A stretch of 23,520 nucleotides of DNA from the NCBI GenBank assembly GCA_030141605.1, contig JAQGDQ010001844.1, positions 1-23,520 on the forward strand, given 5' to 3'. The notes beneath the pieces were generated by a model that made no database searches, was not told the origin of the DNA, and saw only the letters and a list, made by a program, of their open reading frames with translations. Source of the stretch: Tubiluchus corallicola (lineage: Eukaryota > Animalia > Priapulida). Each line of letters opens with the position of its first letter. Positions within the stretch are counted from its first letter, which is position 1. A program made the position numbers and the translations under genes. This document shows positions 23,466-23,520 of the stretch, piece by piece.

Positions 23466-23520
23466 TATTGTCAAATAGACGATAAACTAGAACGTTTGGC
23501 CTCAGTAAATTTTGATAAAA

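Larger units (their letters stand above)
19693..23520. repeat. Long inverted repeat: arms 19693-20546 and 22665-23520 (right arm runs off the window), spacer about 2.1 kb
   Basis: Arms are reverse complements with only about six differences seen by eye; the ORF track shows the same MRFVYRGL ORF on both strands. Confidence 0.96.

Overview
AT-rich, repeat-dense animal (probably invertebrate) genomic DNA, not prokaryotic. The window holds the 3' part of a minus-strand, multi-exon gene for an astacin (M12A) metalloprotease followed by five ShK (ShKT) domains. Six exons were reconstructed by hand, all with GT-AG boundaries and phase-1 junctions: 17096-17326, 15354-15476, 12334-12453, 9201-9314, 6819-6965 and 2144-2271 (stop). 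I did not find the HExxH exon in the window. Introns contain minisatellites (30, 36, 56, 74 and 75 bp units), microsatellites, a 5S-rRNA-headed SINE-like element, a solo LTR with a 5-bp TSD, a truncated RTE-like LINE and several MITEs; a 53-bp array forms the 3' UTR side, and an inverted duplication of at least 854 bp lies at the right end. Most unusual: at three of the six exons a tandem duplication straddles the 3' end of the coding exon. One array (75 bp) creates six in-frame candidate 21-nt AG...GT microexons, and another (53 bp) copies the stop codon about 40 times. Most long ORFs in the supplied track are repeat artefacts.
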